Assembly: GCA_038131445.1 (NCBI GenBank)
Contig: JAYPPL010000002.1
Location: 826-64,825, forward strand
DNA length: 64,000 nucleotides
From: Alphaproteobacteria bacterium
GTDB taxonomy: Bacteria > Pseudomonadota > Alphaproteobacteria > UBA6615
Direction of reading: 5' to 3'
Positions 61,377 through 64,000 of this stretch are shown piece after piece; the stretch's first letter is position 1; the number at the start of each line of letters is the position of its first letter. Below the pieces are notes generated by a model. It did not search any database. It had not been told where the DNA came from and saw only the letters and a list, made by a program, of their open reading frames with translations. A program made the position numbers and the translations under genes.

Positions 61377-62441
61377 TCAGGCGGCGGCCGGCCGTCGTCC
61401 GTGGAAGGCGTCGTCCAGCAGCGCGCGAATACCGTCACGTGTCACCGGGCGGGGATTGAAGTAGGGATTCTGGGTAGCGATATCGGCGGCCCGGTCGAGG
61501 TCTTCTTCCTTCATGCCGATCTCGGACAGCGCCATCTTCGCGCCCAGGGATTTGGCCAGATCGAACACGGCGCCCGCCGGGTCGTCGGTGCAGAGCGCGC
61601 GGGACATGCGCTCGACCATCTCCGGCGCGGCCGCCGCGTTGTAGGCCGTCACGTGCGGAATGACCGCCGTGTGGGTCTCCGCATGGGCCAAGTTGAAGCT
61701 GCCGCCCAGCGTGTGACAGAGCTTGTGGTGGAGCGCCATGCCGACCGCGCCCAACGACGCGCCCGAAAGATAGGCGCCGAAGAGCGCGTCGCTGCGCGCC
61801 TCGATGTTGCCCGGCTCCTTGACCACGACCGGCAGCGCGCGCGCCAGCGCCCGCACGCCCTCTTCCGCCATCAGGGAGACGATGGGGTTCGCGGTCTCCG
61901 AGTAGATGGCCTCAACACAATGAGCAATCGCGTTCATGCCGCTGGGCCCGGCGATGAAGTCGGGCAGGGTCAGGGTCAGGTTCGGGTCATAGACCACGGT
62001 CGTCGGCAGCACCTTGGGGTCGCGTCCGGTCTTCTTGATTCCGTCCTCGGTCAGACCCCAGATCGGCGTCATCTCCGAGCCGGCATAGGTGGTGGGCACG
62101 GCGATGATCGGTAGGCCGAATTCCAGCGCGATGGCCTTGCCCAGCCCGGTGGTCGAGCCGCCGCCGACGGCCACGCAGGCATCCGCACCCAGACGTTTGG
62201 CCTCGTCGCGCGCCGCGCGCGCCACCTCAATGGGCACATGCATTTCCGCCTTGTCGAACACGCCCGCCGAACATGCACCCAGGCGTGCGGCCACATCCTC
62301 TGCCTGTTCGCGCTGCTGGGGCGTGGAAAGAACGAGCGCCTTGGCGACGCCCAGCCGCTCGACCTCCTCGGCCAGACGGTCGAGACTGCCGACCCCGAAC
62401 ACCACCCGTCCGGGCAGCGCCTCGTAGGCAAATGCGCGCAT
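61377..62441 (-). CDS. maleylacetate reductase (iron-containing alcohol dehydrogenase family)
   Basis: MRAFAYEALPGRVVFGVGSLDRLAEEVERLG..., GGGSTTGLGKAIA, and PTTYAGSEMT. Confidence 0.85.
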   Translation of the reverse strand: MRAFAYEALPGRVVFGVGSLDRLAEEVERLGVAKALVLSTPQQREQAEDVAARLGACSAGVFDKAEMHVPIEVARAARDEAKRLGADACVAVGGGSTTGLGKAIALEFGLPIIAVPTTYAGSEMTPIWGLTEDGIKKTGRDPKVLPTTVVYDPNLTLTLPDFIAGPSGMNAIAHCVEAIYSETANPIVSLMAEEGVRALARALPVVVKEPGNIEARSDALFGAYLSGASLGAVGMALHHKLCHTLGGSFNLAHAETHTAVIPHVTAYNAAAAPEMVERMSRALCTDDPAGAVFDLAKSLGAKMALSEIGMKEEDLDRAADIATQNPYFNPRPVTRDGIRALLDDAFHGRRPAAA

Positions 62442-62642
62442 CCAGTCATCCTCCCCACATAATCCGGACGCCGTTCCGGCCCGGTTTCAAGGGAACAAAC
62501 TATCGCACAGCGCGCGAAAGGCACATAGGCCGCCGCGCGGAGTGCGAACATCAGGAATGCGCTACGCGCGGGCATCCGGTTCTCAATCCGGGTCACGCTG
62601 GTGTAGGTTGCCGCCCTGTTTTCCCAGCTGCGAAGATGTGAG

Positions 62643-63569
62643 ATGCCAGACGTCCAGATTGCCCGGTTCTCGGAGATCAAGTCCCAGGGTCCGCGCTTCG
62701 CCGCCGAACTGGATTTGCCCCTCGCGGCCTACCAGAAGATGACGGCGGAAGAGTTTTTCCTGATCCTGTCCTCGCCGGAGCTCGGTGGCCCGTTCGCGAC
62801 CGATCCCGGCATTTCGGATGCCCAGGGACTGGTCGCGGCCATCGTGAAGTGCTCACCCGGTCAGGGCCCCTACCTGCACGCACACTACAACACGCTGGAG
62901 AATTTCGTCGCACTCGACGGGCCGTTCCGGATTTTCTGGGGCGATACGGGCGAACACGAGACGATCATCGAGCCGCTGGACATGGTCTCAGTGCCGCGCG
63001 GGGTGGTCCGCGCCTTCGCCAACGCATCCGACAAACCGGCACACATTCTGGCCTTCATCCGCGGCAACACGCCGGAGGAATTCTCCGACGTGGCGATGAC
63101 CCCGGCGGCGGCCGACGACCTGCTGCAGACCTTCGGGGACGGCACGGTGGACAAGATCAAGGAGATCGGCTGGCGCTTTGACGCGAGCGTCGATGCCCCC
63201 ACCGCGCAGGTCAGCCGCGCCGACATGGAAGCGCAGGTCGCCCGGTTCGCCCGGCTGGCTGCGAAGGACATGAACGGCCTCGCCACCTACGCCATGATGG
63301 CGCCCGAAGGCGTGGGGGCCGCCGTTGCGGGCGACCCCGGCCTCTACGCCAATATTCTGGAAATCGCGCCGGGCACCTCGTCGAAGCTGGCGGGCATCAA
63401 CGGCAAGCGCAACCTGATGGCACTCACCGGACGGATCATCGCCACCCGCGACGGGACCGAGGAGATGCTATCGCCCTGGGACATGGCGACCCTGCCGGAC
63501 GGTGCGTCATGCCGGCTCGCCAACCCGGGCGATGAACCGGCACGTCTGCTGTCGATCGAGGTGCGCTAG
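62643..63569 (+). CDS. bicupin protein of unknown specificity (candidate dioxygenase)
   Basis: 308 aa. The first cupin has GQGPYLHAHYNTLENFVALDG...VSVPRGVVRAF. A second beta-rich half follows. Divergent from the maleylacetate reductase gene. Confidence 0.65.
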   Translation: MPDVQIARFSEIKSQGPRFAAELDLPLAAYQKMTAEEFFLILSSPELGGPFATDPGISDAQGLVAAIVKCSPGQGPYLHAHYNTLENFVALDGPFRIFWGDTGEHETIIEPLDMVSVPRGVVRAFANASDKPAHILAFIRGNTPEEFSDVAMTPAAADDLLQTFGDGTVDKIKEIGWRFDASVDAPTAQVSRADMEAQVARFARLAAKDMNGLATYAMMAPEGVGAAVAGDPGLYANILEIAPGTSSKLAGINGKRNLMALTGRIIATRDGTEEMLSPWDMATLPDGASCRLANPGDEPARLLSIEVR

Positions 63570-64000
63570 GCGCCCTCCGCAACGTCGCGCGCCTGCACCT
63601 GTTCCTTCGACTTGCCGTCCGGATTTTCCTTCCAGAACGCGTCGTAACAATCATGGGTCGCATAGGGCATGATCATGCCCGGGTCGAACGGATAGGGCTC
63701 GACGCCTTCCGCGATCTTGCGCGGCCAGGCGTGATCGGCGAGTGCACCCTTGCCGATGGCGCAGAAATCGCCTTCTTCGTCGGATAGCGCCTTCTCAGCC
63801 ACATCCGGATCGTGGAGCTTGCCGTTCGCCATGACCGGCAGGCCGGTGTAGCGCCGAGCCAGACCGGACAGGCTCTTGTCCGTCCCGAACACGGGTGAGA
63901 CACCCAGATGAGCGCTGCAGTCTAGGAAGTCGATCCCGGTCTCGGCGAGGCGCGGAAAGACGACCTTCGCGTCGTCGTCGCCTCCGGGCCAGACATAGTC
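63566..64000 (-). CDS. NADH:flavin oxidoreductase (Old Yellow Enzyme family), C-terminal part, runs off the window end
   Basis: Frame open to the window edge: DYVWPGGDDDAKVVFPRLAETGIDFLDCSAHLG...GLPVMANGKLHDPDVAEKALSDEEGDFCAIGKGALADHAWPRKI. Confidence 0.8.
   Translation of the reverse strand, partial: DYVWPGGDDDAKVVFPRLAETGIDFLDCSAHLGVSPVFGTDKSLSGLARRYTGLPVMANGKLHDPDVAEKALSDEEGDFCAIGKGALADHAWPRKIAEGVEPYPFDPGMIMPYATHDCYDAFWKENPDGKSKEQVQARDVAEGA

Overview
GC-rich chromosomal segment (mid-60s percent by eye, not computed) with alphaproteobacterial hallmarks: 5-aminolevulinate synthase hemA, grxC-comF, a bolA / J-domain / cobS / cobT block, xseB-ispA-dxs, aroK-aroB, and single-chain methylmalonyl-CoA mutase with meaB. 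I can support about 65 densely packed protein-coding features on both strands. Most are housekeeping: secA, accA, xerD, argJ, tgt, rpmB, fabI, aroC, pdxH, dxs. I found no rRNA, tRNA, CRISPR array or intact mobile element, and no clear defence, toxin or mobile system. The accessory-looking parts are an RND efflux pair (52.3-56.8 kb) followed by a decayed spacer, a catabolic cluster at 57.4-64.0 kb (aldolase, NTF2-like protein, flavoprotein, thiolase, maleylacetate reductase, bicupin, OYE), and several small cupin/SDR/methyltransferase genes. The main second-look items fall into five groups. (1) Several conserved genes (argJ, cobT, a DUF427 gene, an m5U-type RNA methyltransferase) are broken by single-base frame changes, fabI lacks a stop codon and runs in frame into aroC, and the CorC 3-prime end may be affected too. 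Three of the four frame changes lie at short homopolymer runs, which points to assembly error rather than biology. (2) The RNA methyltransferase also carries a diverged duplicate of its own last ~30 codons and lacks a recognisable catalytic Cys motif. (3) The RND adaptor carries a paired EF-hand after its signal peptide. (4) There are genuine gene relics: a manC fragment with two in-frame stops, an EAL-domain remnant, and a TGA-interrupted orphan ORF. (5) Two conserved-looking small CDSs fall below the ORF-track cut-off: a 43-aa membrane protein heading an operon that ends in xerD, and a 49-aa DUF2256 zinc-ribbon protein. All calls rest on reading the translations and the DNA by eye; no searches were run.
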